NCBI GenBank assembly: GCA_964450015.1
Contig: CAYVEU010000001.1
Coordinates: 1-44,209 of the forward strand
From: an uncultured Christensenella sp.
Lineage (GTDB): Bacteria > Bacillota > Clostridia > Christensenellales > DTU072
Length of the DNA stretch: 44,209 bases
Direction: 5' to 3'
Below are positions 17,880-28,500 of this stretch, in pieces. A program made the position numbers and the translations under genes. How positions within the stretch are numbered: the first letter of the stretch is position 1; each line of letters opens with the position of its first letter. The notes beneath the pieces are model-generated. The model was not told where the DNA came from, did not search any database, and saw only the letters and a program-made list of their open reading frames with translations.

Positions 17880-18695
17880 TTAACCTTTCCCCGAACCTTT
17901 CTTTTTATCTTTTCCTTTACTTGAAACTTGTTTTGCTTGTCTAGCTTGCCCGACTTGTTGGACTTGTTGTTGCGATTGCTGTTGGTTCCCTTTTTGTGTT
18001 GTCTTTGTCTGTTCGGTCTTTATTTCCGCGTCGATTTTCTGCCCGCATTGCTCCATTGTTGCGGCTACCAAATCAAATATTTGATTGCCTTTATTCAATT
18101 TTGCTTCGTTATTCTTTTGTTCTGACGATTTTGAATACTGTTGTTGTTCGTGCTTTTTCGCTCCATCATCAATTTCTTCAACGGATAGTACTGTCCATCG
18201 TCCGCCATGCGAATTCAAGTAATTGTCGTTTCTATGTTCAAAAAACGTAACAGGAATAGTTACACCCGCTTTATCGTTCTTCAAAAACAAATGCAAGTTC
18301 CCATTGCCTTCATTCTTTTTTGACAGTAAAAAATCGGCACTGATATTCTTAAATTCGCCATTTAATGCTTTGAGCATTATGTTGGGGGCAAACAATGTAT
18401 TTCTCATCTTGTCAAATACGTCTAATCTAGCTTCCATTTCAGACAAATATGCGCTTTTGGCGATGTCCGCATAGGTTATTTCTTTATTTAGAATACGCCG
18501 ATACAATACTTGACTTTTATTTTTCATCATAGGTAAATCTTTAAGTTTATGCAACCCTATCAAGTGCTTAAAATTACTCGCACTAAAGACTATATCAAGT
18601 TCAAGTAATTTTTTATTTTTACCCGCAGTTAAATGAAACTTCTTTCCCTCTAAATTTTGCGAATAATAAATAGCCGCTTCTTGCAATTTATCCAT
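17880..18695 (-). CDS. PBECR4-like (phage-Barnase/EndoU/ColicinE5-D/RelE-like nuclease) domain protein with a Q/K-rich C-terminal tail
   Basis: 271 aa. The N-terminal ~170 aa (..FHLTAGKNKKLLELDIVFSASNFKHLIGLHKL.., ..NGEFKNISADFLLSK..LHLFLK..) resemble PBECR4 proteins as I recall them. The tail is low complexity (QQQSQQQVQQVGQARQAKQ..KGKDKKKGSGKG). Confidence 0.45.
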   Translation of the reverse strand: MDKLQEAAIYYSQNLEGKKFHLTAGKNKKLLELDIVFSASNFKHLIGLHKLKDLPMMKNKSQVLYRRILNKEITYADIAKSAYLSEMEARLDVFDKMRNTLFAPNIMLKALNGEFKNISADFLLSKKNEGNGNLHLFLKNDKAGVTIPVTFFEHRNDNYLNSHGGRWTVLSVEEIDDGAKKHEQQQYSKSSEQKNNEAKLNKGNQIFDLVAATMEQCGQKIDAEIKTEQTKTTQKGNQQQSQQQVQQVGQARQAKQVSSKGKDKKKGSGKG

Positions 18696-18715
18696 ATCTT
18701 TCTCCTATATGTATG

Positions 18716-18747
18716 AAAAAAGCCCTTTTACAAGGGCTTAATTTTTT
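18716..18747. terminator. Bidirectional intrinsic terminator
   Basis: aaaaaagccctt-ttac-aagggctt followed by aatttttt. Confidence 0.6.
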
Positions 18748-18924
18748 ATTTCGCTTTTCTTTCGGTTACTAAACCTATTCAAGAGTTGGACAGCGATAAC
18801 CGTTTGGGACCTCTGCATAACACTTCCTTGACCAAGCACTATGCTTCACAGGTAGCACGTAAATCTTGTTCACGCACCAAGGTTCTACCTTGTATTTTTA
18901 TTATATGCAATTATATCCGTTTTG

Positions 18925-19203
18925 TCAATATTTTTTTCCTAAAATTTCTTTATACTTATCTATTCGCTCTCTATTTTGCAGTATTGCGTCCTCGATGAGC
19001 TTATTTATAATCTCCGCCTGCGTCATACCCGACGTTGCTACCAACGCTGTGAAATCGTCCCACAGTTCGTCTTTTATCTTCCACGTACGTTGCGTGGTTG
19101 GACTTTTCTTTGTGTTCTCCGATGACGCTATCGTGCGTTGCGTAGGCGATGAAAATAAACTGTCTAAAAGCCCGTAATTTTGTTTGCTGTTATTCTTTCC
19201 CAT
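18925..19203 (-). CDS. Ribbon-helix-helix protein, candidate ParG-like centromere-binding partner of ParA
   Basis: 92 aa. RTWKIKDELWDDFTALVATSGMTQAEIINKLIEDAI fits a beta-alpha-alpha RHH pattern. Its start lies 1 nt after the parA stop. Confidence 0.55.
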   Translation of the reverse strand: MGKNNSKQNYGLLDSLFSSPTQRTIASSENTKKSPTTQRTWKIKDELWDDFTALVATSGMTQAEIINKLIEDAILQNRERIDKYKEILGKKY

Positions 19204-19204
19204 G

Positions 19205-19963
19205 TTATTTTATCTCCTTTAATATTTCATCGGCTAAAGCCGTATAATCTACCGTCGCCCTGCTGTTCAGCTTAAAATCTCGTACCGAAAGTCCGCTTGC
19301 TTGCGACGCGGGTATGTCTACCGTGAACCGTATTTTCGTATCAAACAGCTTACAATTCAGAAGCTCTTTTATTTTCTCCGACAAGACGCCCTCAAGATGG
19401 CGCGTCAACGTTCGGCGGTTTTGGTACTTGACTAGGACAACTCCCAACACCCTTAACGACGGGTTAAGCGGTTTTACTTGCTCAACCGTTTCCGCAATCA
19501 TCTTCACGCCCATTGCACTGAAGTATTCGGCTTCAGCGGGCACGATAACGTAATCGGCGGCAACGAGAGCAGCCGCAGTTACTTGATTTACGATAGGCGG
19601 ACAGTCTATCAAAACGTAATCGTACGAGCTTGTAACCGTTTTCAAAATATCGCGTATACGGATAACGAACGCAGGCAAGGCGGCGAACCGCAACATCTCG
19701 CCCTGCAACGAGGTATCTGACGGTATGACGTCGCCGTAACGACACTGTACTTTTGCTTCGGAAACGCCACACTCGCCGAGAAGAAGCTCGCGCACAGTAC
19801 GAACTGGGTTTATCACGCTACTAAACGCCGTTAAATTGGCTTGAGCGTCTAAATCGACGCCGAGCACACGACTGCCACGCAGTTTGAGTTCAGCCATTAA
19901 ATTGGCAACAGTGGACGTCTTGCCAACGCCACCCTTTTGATTAAATACTACTATCGTTTTCAT
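19205..19963 (-). CDS. parA: ParA/Soj-family partition ATPase
   Basis: 252 aa with the deviant Walker A NQKGGVGKTS. Confidence 0.9.
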   Translation of the reverse strand: MKTIVVFNQKGGVGKTSTVANLMAELKLRGSRVLGVDLDAQANLTAFSSVINPVRTVRELLLGECGVSEAKVQCRYGDVIPSDTSLQGEMLRFAALPAFVIRIRDILKTVTSSYDYVLIDCPPIVNQVTAAALVAADYVIVPAEAEYFSAMGVKMIAETVEQVKPLNPSLRVLGVVLVKYQNRRTLTRHLEGVLSEKIKELLNCKLFDTKIRFTVDIPASQASGLSVRDFKLNSRATVDYTALADEILKEIK

Positions 19964-20165
19964 TTCTTCTACCTCTCTGATATATTGGTTGTCGATTTAT
20001 TCTGTTTTGTGTTCTCACGATACAAACATTAAAAACACCACCGTCCGTTGTTCGGACCTGCAAGCTTTTATCGCCCATAAACGTAATTATGCTTTCGATT
20101 TTGTTTTCCCCCTCAAGCCCCTTTGCTATAAAGGTGGCAACGTCTATTACTTCTACTTTCCCCAT
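19941..20165 (-). CDS. Hypothetical protein (74 aa), first gene of the par operon
   Basis: ATG at 20163-20165 with agagg upstream. It overlaps the parA start by 23 nt. Confidence 0.4.
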   Translation of the reverse strand: MGKVEVIDVATFIAKGLEGENKIESIITFMGDKSLQVRTTDGGVFNVCIVRTQNRINRQPIYQRGRRNENDSSI

Positions 20166-20173
20166 ATTTACCT

Positions 20174-20201
20174 CTACTTGTTTGACTTGTTCGACAAGTC
20201 G
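20174..20201. repeat. Three 9-bp-phased ACTTGT units, the last inverted: ctacttgtt tgacttgtt cgacaagtcg
   Basis: Read directly. The array begins 9 nt upstream of the first par-operon start codon. Confidence 0.75.
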
Positions 20202-20252
20202 AAAAAGGTTAAAAATTTGCACGCCAACGTATCCGATCGGCGTGCAGTGTCT

Positions 20253-20570
20253 TTACTTCTTTTCCGAAACAGGCTTGCGGTCCGTAAACTCAACTTGTAC
20301 GTTTACCAGTTTTACCGCAACGCGACGTTCATCTTCTTTGATATACGTATCAATATTCAAATCGCCGCTACAGCAAACGCCGCTACCCTTTTTCAAAAAC
20401 TTAGCGCAGTTCTCCGCGCTTGCGCCCCAAACCTCAACGCGCAATACGTCGGGGCTGTCTTTGCCCGGTCTATTGGACGCTACGGAAAACACCGCTACTT
20501 TTCTGTCTTCGCCTATCGTTTTAAGCTCGACGTCATTTGTTAGGTTACCTTGAATTGTTGTTTTAATCAT
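20253..20570 (-). CDS. ssb: Single-stranded DNA-binding protein (short OB-fold SSB lacking an acidic C-terminal tip)
   Basis: 105 aa. MIKTTIQGNLTNDVELK...VEVWGASAENCAKFLKKGSGVCCSGDL is typical of an SSB OB fold. RBS aaggag. Confidence 0.8.
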   Translation of the reverse strand: MIKTTIQGNLTNDVELKTIGEDRKVAVFSVASNRPGKDSPDVLRVEVWGASAENCAKFLKKGSGVCCSGDLNIDTYIKEDERRVAVKLVNVQVEFTDRKPVSEKK

Positions 20571-20583
20571 TTTCTACACTCCT

Positions 20584-23244
20584 TTATTTATGATTAGGAC
20601 TTATAGGCGTCCCTGCCTTTATTAAATTGATACCGTCCGCAACGTCGAATAACGTATAAACGACGTCGCTTGCAACGACTTGAAAGCTCGTACGTTCCCG
20701 CGCCGAGCAAATAGCAAAGCATTGCCCGTTGCCTGCCGTTGCAATCTGGTTGCGCTCCACGTCGTTGATTTCGCCTGCATTTCGATACAAGTCTGTAAGT
20801 ATCTGCAGGTCCGCAGGTGCAAGGCTGAAAATAAACGAATATTGCGCGTTATTTATAATTGCCGTAGTCTTTTGCACGACAGCACTATTGCCGATAATAT
20901 CCGACAAATTTTGCGTTAAAAACGCTATGCTACCGTCGTACTTTCTTATACGTTTATACCATAAGAAAACGAACTCCAACGCAATAGGATACTCTGCGTC
21001 AACAAAGTTATAGCCCTCATCGAGCACGACGAACGGGTGCAACGGTACGCTTGAGTTACGGTTAAGCTCTCTTATATTGATAATCTGTTGGTCGAGATAG
21101 CGCATGATAACGAGCATTTGCGCGTTAGCAACGACGTTGTTTTTCGCCGCAAAAAGTGACTGAAAGTTGAATACAACCAGACGTTCATCTGTCGTAAGCG
21201 TAGAAGCTCCGTTCCACAAATTGGCGAACCGTCCGCCTGCCGCGAACTTTGCAACGTACGTTCTAATGCGGTCGAGGTTCTCGTGTCGCATGGGCGACGT
21301 TTCTTTCTCGAACTCCTCTTCAACCAACGATTTCAAATCGTCAAACGTCGGAAAGGCGTCCGCGCCGAGTTGCGTACAGTCCGTCGTTTCATTAATACCG
21401 CGCTTCGCGTATAACTTGCTCAACAAGTTGTTAAGCTCCTCAAGCGCGTCTGACGTAATACCCTTGAGCGTTATCGAAAAGAAGCTCTCAAGAAAACGCA
21501 AGTGTGCGCTGAATACCGCCTCGGGTGCGGCGGGGCTTCCGTCATCTGTTAGTATTTGATATATATGTAACGGGTTCAAACGCCCTTCGGTCGCGTTGCC
21601 CACGTCGATGAACCGCCCCTTTACGTTACGGCATAAGTGTAGATACTCATTTTCTGGGTCAAGAATAAAAATCTTTGAGTTATCCGAATACACAAGAGAT
21701 AACAACGTCTTTCCGAAAAACGATTTACCGCTTCCAGATTTACCGAGAACCATAATATTTGAGTTTATGTACTGTTTGAAATCACGCTTCCATATATCCA
21801 AAATAACGGGGTAATAATCGTAACCGAGCGTAAAGCCCTTAGGCTCGATAACCGAAGTAAAAACGAACGGGAATACTCCTGCAAGGCTTTCGGAATTTAT
21901 GCCGCGTTCTAAACTCTTCAGCGCGGTGCGTCTGGATATGCTCGCCGTGGCGAAACCGTCGAATTGCCTGCCCCGTAACATATTTATTCGGAAGCCGTTA
22001 GATTGTATTTGACGTCGTAAATTCTTCTTAAATGCGGCGTTTGTTTCTGTTGTGTTATTATAGCCCGTTATCGTGATAGAGCAGTCGAATAGCAGTTCGT
22101 TTTCGTTCTGTAATTGCTTTGCAAGCTCCGCCATCGTTTGCACGTGCGTTTCTTGACTTATAGCCTGGCTAATCTTCCCCGTTCCGCCGCGCCTAGTTTC
22201 AAGCTCGACAACGGCGCGGTCGATACGCTTAACCGCTTTGTCTTTATCGACGGGTTTTATCGTCAATACGACTTTCGTATTGTCGATATTAAACAGCCCT
22301 GCCCCCCATGCGTTGCCAACGGCAAGCGGATAATCGGATATAGCGCACGTGAAAGAGTAAACGTCATCGCAAACACATGAATTTGCCGTAAACCGAATTT
22401 TGTCTGGCTTGACAAATTCGGCAATATCTTCTGCCTCGTAAATATCGCGCTCGTCAAAGTTGCGGTTATAGCAGTATTTGAAAAAGACGGCTATTTCCAT
22501 ATCGTCAAGAATAGACGTAGGCAAACCCGCAACGTCGAACGCTCCGCGCGCAAAATCTAATTGCTTCAGAACCGCCTCTCTATCATCATCGTAGACAACA
22601 AAATAGTAATACGGACGATATTGTTTTTCGACGTTGTTTAAGCTATCTATTTGCCCTAAACGGCTCTTTAATATCGCAATTTTAGCCTCGTCTTGCTCTT
22701 TTGCCTTTTCCGCCGCTTCGAGCTTTTCAAACAAGTTCGCCGCTACTTCGTCGTAGTTTATCGGTCTATCGAGCTTTACGAGTTGCACAACGGAATTTTC
22801 GCCCAGTCCGTTCAACAAGCTTGCAACGGCGGATATACGGCGATTTTGTTCTATCTCATCAAGCAAGCCGAACTCAATACTTCCAACGGATAAAACCGCG
22901 CCGTAATAATTGCCGTAATTTATGACGCCATCATCTTCGATACTCTGAAACGGTAACAGTTCGGTAACATTACCCCTCTTCGCTCCCTTGGTATATTTTT
23001 TTCGCGAAACGAAATAGCGTATCATGTAGATTAAATCATTATACATACGCTCTCCGTTGTCAGAAAAAAACAGCATGACCGAAATCGATGCAAAGGCTAA
23101 AAGTTCCGCCCATTTATAGCGAAAGTTACTCATTGCTATCAAAAACGCAATCATACCTAGCCCAAAAGCTAAAACTATATCCAAAAGTGTAAAGTTCCGC
23201 CATACGGTTGGGTTTACTTTTGATTTCTTCGGAATAATTCTCAT
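20584..23244 (-). CDS. VirB4-family conjugative ATPase with an N-terminal VirB3/PrgI-like two-TM segment
   Basis: 886 aa. Walker A LGKSGSGKSF and Walker B-like FVVLDEGYNF. N-terminal TM pair (LLDIVLAFGLGMIAFLIA..). Confidence 0.85.
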   Translation of the reverse strand: MRIIPKKSKVNPTVWRNFTLLDIVLAFGLGMIAFLIAMSNFRYKWAELLAFASISVMLFFSDNGERMYNDLIYMIRYFVSRKKYTKGAKRGNVTELLPFQSIEDDGVINYGNYYGAVLSVGSIEFGLLDEIEQNRRISAVASLLNGLGENSVVQLVKLDRPINYDEVAANLFEKLEAAEKAKEQDEAKIAILKSRLGQIDSLNNVEKQYRPYYYFVVYDDDREAVLKQLDFARGAFDVAGLPTSILDDMEIAVFFKYCYNRNFDERDIYEAEDIAEFVKPDKIRFTANSCVCDDVYSFTCAISDYPLAVGNAWGAGLFNIDNTKVVLTIKPVDKDKAVKRIDRAVVELETRRGGTGKISQAISQETHVQTMAELAKQLQNENELLFDCSITITGYNNTTETNAAFKKNLRRQIQSNGFRINMLRGRQFDGFATASISRRTALKSLERGINSESLAGVFPFVFTSVIEPKGFTLGYDYYPVILDIWKRDFKQYINSNIMVLGKSGSGKSFFGKTLLSLVYSDNSKIFILDPENEYLHLCRNVKGRFIDVGNATEGRLNPLHIYQILTDDGSPAAPEAVFSAHLRFLESFFSITLKGITSDALEELNNLLSKLYAKRGINETTDCTQLGADAFPTFDDLKSLVEEEFEKETSPMRHENLDRIRTYVAKFAAGGRFANLWNGASTLTTDERLVVFNFQSLFAAKNNVVANAQMLVIMRYLDQQIINIRELNRNSSVPLHPFVVLDEGYNFVDAEYPIALEFVFLWYKRIRKYDGSIAFLTQNLSDIIGNSAVVQKTTAIINNAQYSFIFSLAPADLQILTDLYRNAGEINDVERNQIATAGNGQCFAICSARERTSFQVVASDVVYTLFDVADGINLIKAGTPISPNHK

Positions 23245-23260
23245 AGTTTACACCTCACTT

Positions 23261-25162
23261 TTATCTCGGTTTTGCCCATCTCGGTTTGTCGCCGTCTGGC
23301 TTATTGCTTTTTAACATGTCCCCTGCCATATCTTTGACGCGGGTGTCGGTTCCTGTTGTGTTCTCCCCGTTCGGGCTAACCGTACCGTTGCCGTTAGGTT
23401 TATTATCGCTTCGATACGCGTTTCGTCCCTTGTTTATTCCATATCCAACCGCGCCGATAACGCCGTTCTTAAATACGGTCCGACCTTTATCAATAGCACT
23501 GCCAACCTTTTTGCCTGCATTCTGGAAAAATGCGCCAACTCTGGTTTTGGGTTCTCTATATGCAGATTGCCTTTCGGTGTTATCCACGCTCGACTGTTGC
23601 ACCGGTGCATTATTCGCCGTTGCGACGTTGCCCGCTTGCACACCGCCCATTGACGGGGTGCTTGAACGCCTAATGCTTCCCAAGCCGCGCAAGGAATTAA
23701 CGACCGAACCCACTTTTTCGGCGGCTTTATTCATCGTTGAACGATAAGCTTGACCACCCAAAATATTGCCTGCGGCGTTAGTCGCAACGCCTGCCGTTTT
23801 ACCCAAAACGCGCATTGCGCCTTGAGTGTGCCTACCATATTTGTTAGTACCGCCAAACACTGCATTTTTGGCAGAGTGAAGTATTCCGCCTGCCGCCGCC
23901 GCGCCACCGACGAGAGCGCGCGCCGATTGCGCCATTTCTCTACTTTCTTCAGCCGACGTTCCGAATACTCTTGCGATAAGAAGCTGTCCGCCGTTTATGC
24001 ACAGTGCACCGCCTATAAGCATGAACATCTTAAAAAGATTTGAGCTGTAGGCGGACCACCCGATTGAAACAAAATCTATGTTTTGAATTACGGGAATTAT
24101 AAGTAAAAATACATTTACCGATATAACGGCTCCGTATGCAAGTATAACTTTCGATACAACGGTGTCACGCCAGGCTTTAAGCCGTGCACCGTCATCAAGC
24201 GGTATCGTCGCGGATATTAACGGCAACATTATAAATAATTGCACTAAATCAAATATTCTTTTTACAAGCCCGAGCATAGACCAAATAATGGCTACAAGAA
24301 CCATTATTAATACGAAATATGCCGTCACAAAGTTAAAACTGTCCAGTTCTACCATCGGACTATCAACGTAGCCAGAATCTTTCTTCTCAAGGTCGATAAG
24401 GTTTGTATGCCTAACACCGAAAACGTCATCTACCGTGGTTAGCCCAAAGTGAATATCGCTTGCGTTATAAAAAATACCAGTTTCTTTATTCTTGCACCAA
24501 CCGCTTTTAGTGTCGAACGTACCATCCTCTTTCTTCAAAATCGGATAAACTGTTCTAGTCGTCTTAATAGGAATAAAATCCCCATTGTCGTCTATCATTT
24601 TATTGCCGTCTAGGTCTGTTTTCCAAAGCAAATTTCCGTATTCATCGGTTTGTTGCACTTCTTCAAATGTTGGGTTGTCATAATCATAAACATAAACTTC
24701 CGATACGCTCATGTCAAAAAGACGGTTGGCTATAGTCAGCGTCGAGCCATCAGACGTTGCAAAGTACACTTTTTGCAATACTATGTTAGAACCCCATATT
24801 CCGAAAATCATCATAAAGCCCATTACAAGCGTTATGATTATTGCGCCCAAACCTTGCCCTACGGTTTTAGCGTGAGATTTCCGCTCGCCGCCTTTCATAT
24901 TGACAATATTTTTCACGACCGAAACGATAACGGATATTGCGCACACGATAATAGATACTAAAAATATCATTAGAAAAGCTTTCGTAACCACGCTACTCTC
25001 AATAAATATTTCCACTATCGAACGTGAAACCGTTTCTCCGTTCTCCGTGTACTCTACGGTATCAATACCGCAAAGCACACGAAACATTTCAAATATTGCG
25101 TCCAGAAACTCATATAGCCAAAATAACAATTTGGCGGACGTTTTTCCTATTAAAATTCCCAT
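23261..25162 (-). CDS. Polytopic membrane protein, VirB6/TrbL-like channel candidate with a Gly/Ala/Asn-rich C-terminal tail
   Basis: 633 aa with at least 6 predicted TM helices. Its position between the VirB2-like gene and VirB4 is typical for VirB6 analogues. Confidence 0.5.
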   Translation of the reverse strand: MGILIGKTSAKLLFWLYEFLDAIFEMFRVLCGIDTVEYTENGETVSRSIVEIFIESSVVTKAFLMIFLVSIIVCAISVIVSVVKNIVNMKGGERKSHAKTVGQGLGAIIITLVMGFMMIFGIWGSNIVLQKVYFATSDGSTLTIANRLFDMSVSEVYVYDYDNPTFEEVQQTDEYGNLLWKTDLDGNKMIDDNGDFIPIKTTRTVYPILKKEDGTFDTKSGWCKNKETGIFYNASDIHFGLTTVDDVFGVRHTNLIDLEKKDSGYVDSPMVELDSFNFVTAYFVLIMVLVAIIWSMLGLVKRIFDLVQLFIMLPLISATIPLDDGARLKAWRDTVVSKVILAYGAVISVNVFLLIIPVIQNIDFVSIGWSAYSSNLFKMFMLIGGALCINGGQLLIARVFGTSAEESREMAQSARALVGGAAAAGGILHSAKNAVFGGTNKYGRHTQGAMRVLGKTAGVATNAAGNILGGQAYRSTMNKAAEKVGSVVNSLRGLGSIRRSSTPSMGGVQAGNVATANNAPVQQSSVDNTERQSAYREPKTRVGAFFQNAGKKVGSAIDKGRTVFKNGVIGAVGYGINKGRNAYRSDNKPNGNGTVSPNGENTTGTDTRVKDMAGDMLKSNKPDGDKPRWAKPR

Positions 25163-25180
25163 TACCGACCACCTTTTTTC

Positions 25181-25486
25181 TTATTGCTGTGCGGCAACCC
25201 AGTTCGAAAGTGCGGCTATGAGTAACGGCGCGGCTACTGCCACCACGAAAATTACCACGATACCTATCACGAACGACCAAAGTGCATTCTTTGCCTCTTT
25301 GCGCTTGTTTTCATCGCCACCGCTACGCCAAAACTTAAAGCCTAAATAAATGCCCCATATCGCGGTCAAAGAAATCGCTATGGCAATAAGCGGTTGCCAC
25401 ATACTGTCAAACAGACTGGATAACACGTCGCCGAATGACTTAAATTCTCCATTATTGGTGGTTGTTACTGCTAAAAAATTAATCAT
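25181..25486 (-). CDS. Small two-TM membrane protein (possible VirB2/TrbC-like subunit)
   Basis: 101 aa. Two hydrophobic helices are separated by a basic loop (FKFWRSGGDENKRKEAK). Position only; no motif-level support. Confidence 0.35.
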   Translation of the reverse strand: MINFLAVTTTNNGEFKSFGDVLSSLFDSMWQPLIAIAISLTAIWGIYLGFKFWRSGGDENKRKEAKNALWSFVIGIVVIFVVAVAAPLLIAALSNWVAAQQ

Positions 25487-25535
25487 AAAAAAATTCTCCT
25501 TTTGCGTTTTGTATCTATGTCATCAGCCTAAGCTG

Positions 25536-28500
25536 TTATTTTATCGACTGCTTCCTGCGGTAAACGATGACGCCTATAACGACGGCTAACGCGACTACTG
25601 CACCTAGCGCAATCACGACTATGCCGTAAACGTTGATGTAGTCAAGCTCGAAGTAGTAAACGCTCTCGTTTCCCAAAGCGTCAGTTACTATCAATTCGTA
25701 GTTTCCCCTTTCTGTGATTATGGAATTAGGCGAACAGTTTACAAGCTCGCCGTTGCGATAAAGCATATACGTAACGTTATCTTTATTTGCCTTTGAAAAA
25801 ACGACTTGATTTTTTTCTTGTGTTATTTCAATCTCCGGTGCAACGGTATCTACTGTTAAATCTAACGCAAATTCATTCTCGCCGTTGGAAAACACAAGAG
25901 AATAATTGCCGTTATCTTTTAATTCGACGGATACCCCCACGGCATAATCGTTGCCGTCCTTTGCAACAAATATTTGATAGTCATCTGGTGCCGTAATCAA
26001 GTAATTGTTTGCCGATGACGGCACGATAACCCATTCGGTAGTAAAATTATTGCCCAGTTCATCAGTAGCGGTTAGCGAATAACTGCCTACCTCTTTTATC
26101 AAAGACGTATAACTCACTTCCTCGCCGTCCTTTATCAGAATAGTGGTTACTTTTTCGGAAAACTTAATGTTTACCGAGCCTGTTAATATTTGTCCAGAAA
26201 GTAACGACGGGCTTATTTGTACGTCCACATCATTATCTATCACAAATTTATACGTGCTTTCATTCCCCGCAACGTCAACGGCATATACCGTGTACGTCCC
26301 GCTCTCTTCAACAGTGCAGGAACCCTCTATCTCGGTGGTTTCGCCTGCCTTGTCCTTGAAATAAGCGCGTCGCGCGCCCTCAACACTAATTTCTACTTCG
26401 TCCGCCGATTTCCCACCGTTTTCAACGGTTGCGGTAATCAACGGCGCCGTCTGGTCGATAATAATTAGAAACTCTATGTCATTACCGTTCATATCGGAAA
26501 TATAAACGCTATATTCGCCCTCAAGCTCAATACGCGCGCCCTCAATAACGCTAACGTTGCTCTCGCCATTGACGGTAAAAGCTTGATACGCTTCATTCAC
26601 TTGTATTGCAACGCCTGTTCTTGAAAAAATAACGTCGCCGTCGTAATTAAATACCCCTTTTAAGGCATAGCTTACTGACGCGTCAACGGTCACGGTAAAG
26701 CTAACGCTGTTGCCCACGTAATCGGTTGCGGTAAAATAATAAATTCTTTCATCGCTTAATACGCTACCGTCATAAGTCGTAAAATTAATGCCGTTCGTAG
26801 AATACGTAATTATTGCGTTCTCTTCATCAACAACCACGTTAAAGGACCGATTGGACACGCTGTCAATTTGCACATTGGTACCCTCGTCGGTTAAAACATT
26901 AGGCGTCGGCGCAGTCTTGTCAATTACAAGCTCGATTATCGCAACGTTGCCTGCCATGTCCTCTATTGTAACAATGTAACGCCCCTCAAGAGATACCGTT
27001 TCGTCTGCACCAAACGTATAACCGTCGGCGTTTTCCACGTCGAATCTCTTTACATCTTCTTGTAAAACTACGGCTAAGTCCGTTCTGGACGAATAGACGT
27101 TTCCGTTATTTACGTAATTGCCGCGCACTGTGAAGCTCACGGTAACGTCAATAATAACAACAAACGCGCTTTCGTTCCCTACGCGGTCGCTCAATACAAA
27201 ATAGTACGTCCCGCTTTCGGTAAATGCCGTGCCGTCGTAATCGCTATAAGTCGTACCGTTGGGCGAAACCGTTATTCTAACGTCTTCTTCTTCGCAACTT
27301 ACGGAAAAACTCTCGTTTATCTTTGAGTTAAGCTCAACAACGCCCGTTTCCGTCGTTATTAACGCCTCGGGCGGCGTCTTATCAATTACAAGCTCGATTA
27401 TAGCGATGTTGCCTGCTAGGTCTGCTATCGTTACCGTATAGCTACCCTCGCGTGAAACCGTTTCTCCAACGCCAAACGCATAACCGTTAGAACTTTCGAC
27501 GTCAAATCGCATTATATCTTCTCTCGTTTCAACGCTCAAGCCCGTTCTGGATATGTAAAGATTGCCGTTGTTTATGTAGTTGCCCTTTACCGTATACACG
27601 ATACTTAAATCAATCGTTATCGCAAACGAAACTGTGTTCCCGATAAAATCTGAAACTTCAAAATAGTACGTCCCTGCAACGCTACACACGCTACCGTCAT
27701 ACGCATTGTATTTGATACCATTCATTGAAAATGTTATATCGGCTTTATCCTCTTGACACGTCACGATAAAGCCGTCATTGATAATCTCGTTTGCGCCTAC
27801 TTCTTTGTCATTTACTGTCACAATCTCATAACTAGGTGCAGTTTTATCAATTATTATCGTGATAACTTCTTCATTGCCTGCAAGGTCTTTTATTTTTACG
27901 GTATGGGTTCCTTCTTGTGTTATTTTTTCTTCCGGTGCAAACTCATTAGCCAGACTGTCAACGATAAATTCCGAATACTCCTCTTTTACCGTTACGCTTA
28001 CTCCGCTAATGGAAATATACGCGCCGTCCGACGTGCGCTTATATATTCCGTTGACGGTATAATCGACAACCAAATCTATTTCGACAGTAAATGCAATTTC
28101 ATTTCCGACAAGATCTGACAGTCGGAAATAATAAACCCCACTTTCGGCTAACGGTTCGCCGTTATAAACGCTACCGTTTGACGTTTCGGATGCCGCGATA
28201 TTAAGCGTATAATTGCTTTCCGCACACGATACGAAAAACGCCTTGTTTACCTTGCCGTTCGTGACTACGCTACCGTCTTCTGCAATGATTATAGGAACGG
28301 GCGCGGTATAGTCTAAGATAAGCGTTACGTTCGCAACGTTACCAACCGTGTCCGTAATCGTTACGTAGTAAACGCCCTCAAGCGCAATGCGCTCTTCGGG
28401 TAAAAAAGTTATATCGTTCTCATTCTTTACGACAAACGCGGAAAAGTCCTCGTTGACAGTTACCGTAAAATTGTGCCTTGAAATATAGCTCCCGTCTTCA

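Noticed and set aside
18749-18924. Possible small RNA or centromere in the ~175-nt 3' UTR of the par operon
   Set aside because: I found only short (5-6 bp) hairpins, no repeats and no recognisable RNA family signature. That is not enough to make a call without covariance or expression data.
19989-20553. 184-aa and 154-aa plus-strand ORFs
   Set aside because: They are shadow frames opposite ssb and the first par-operon gene, with no start context.
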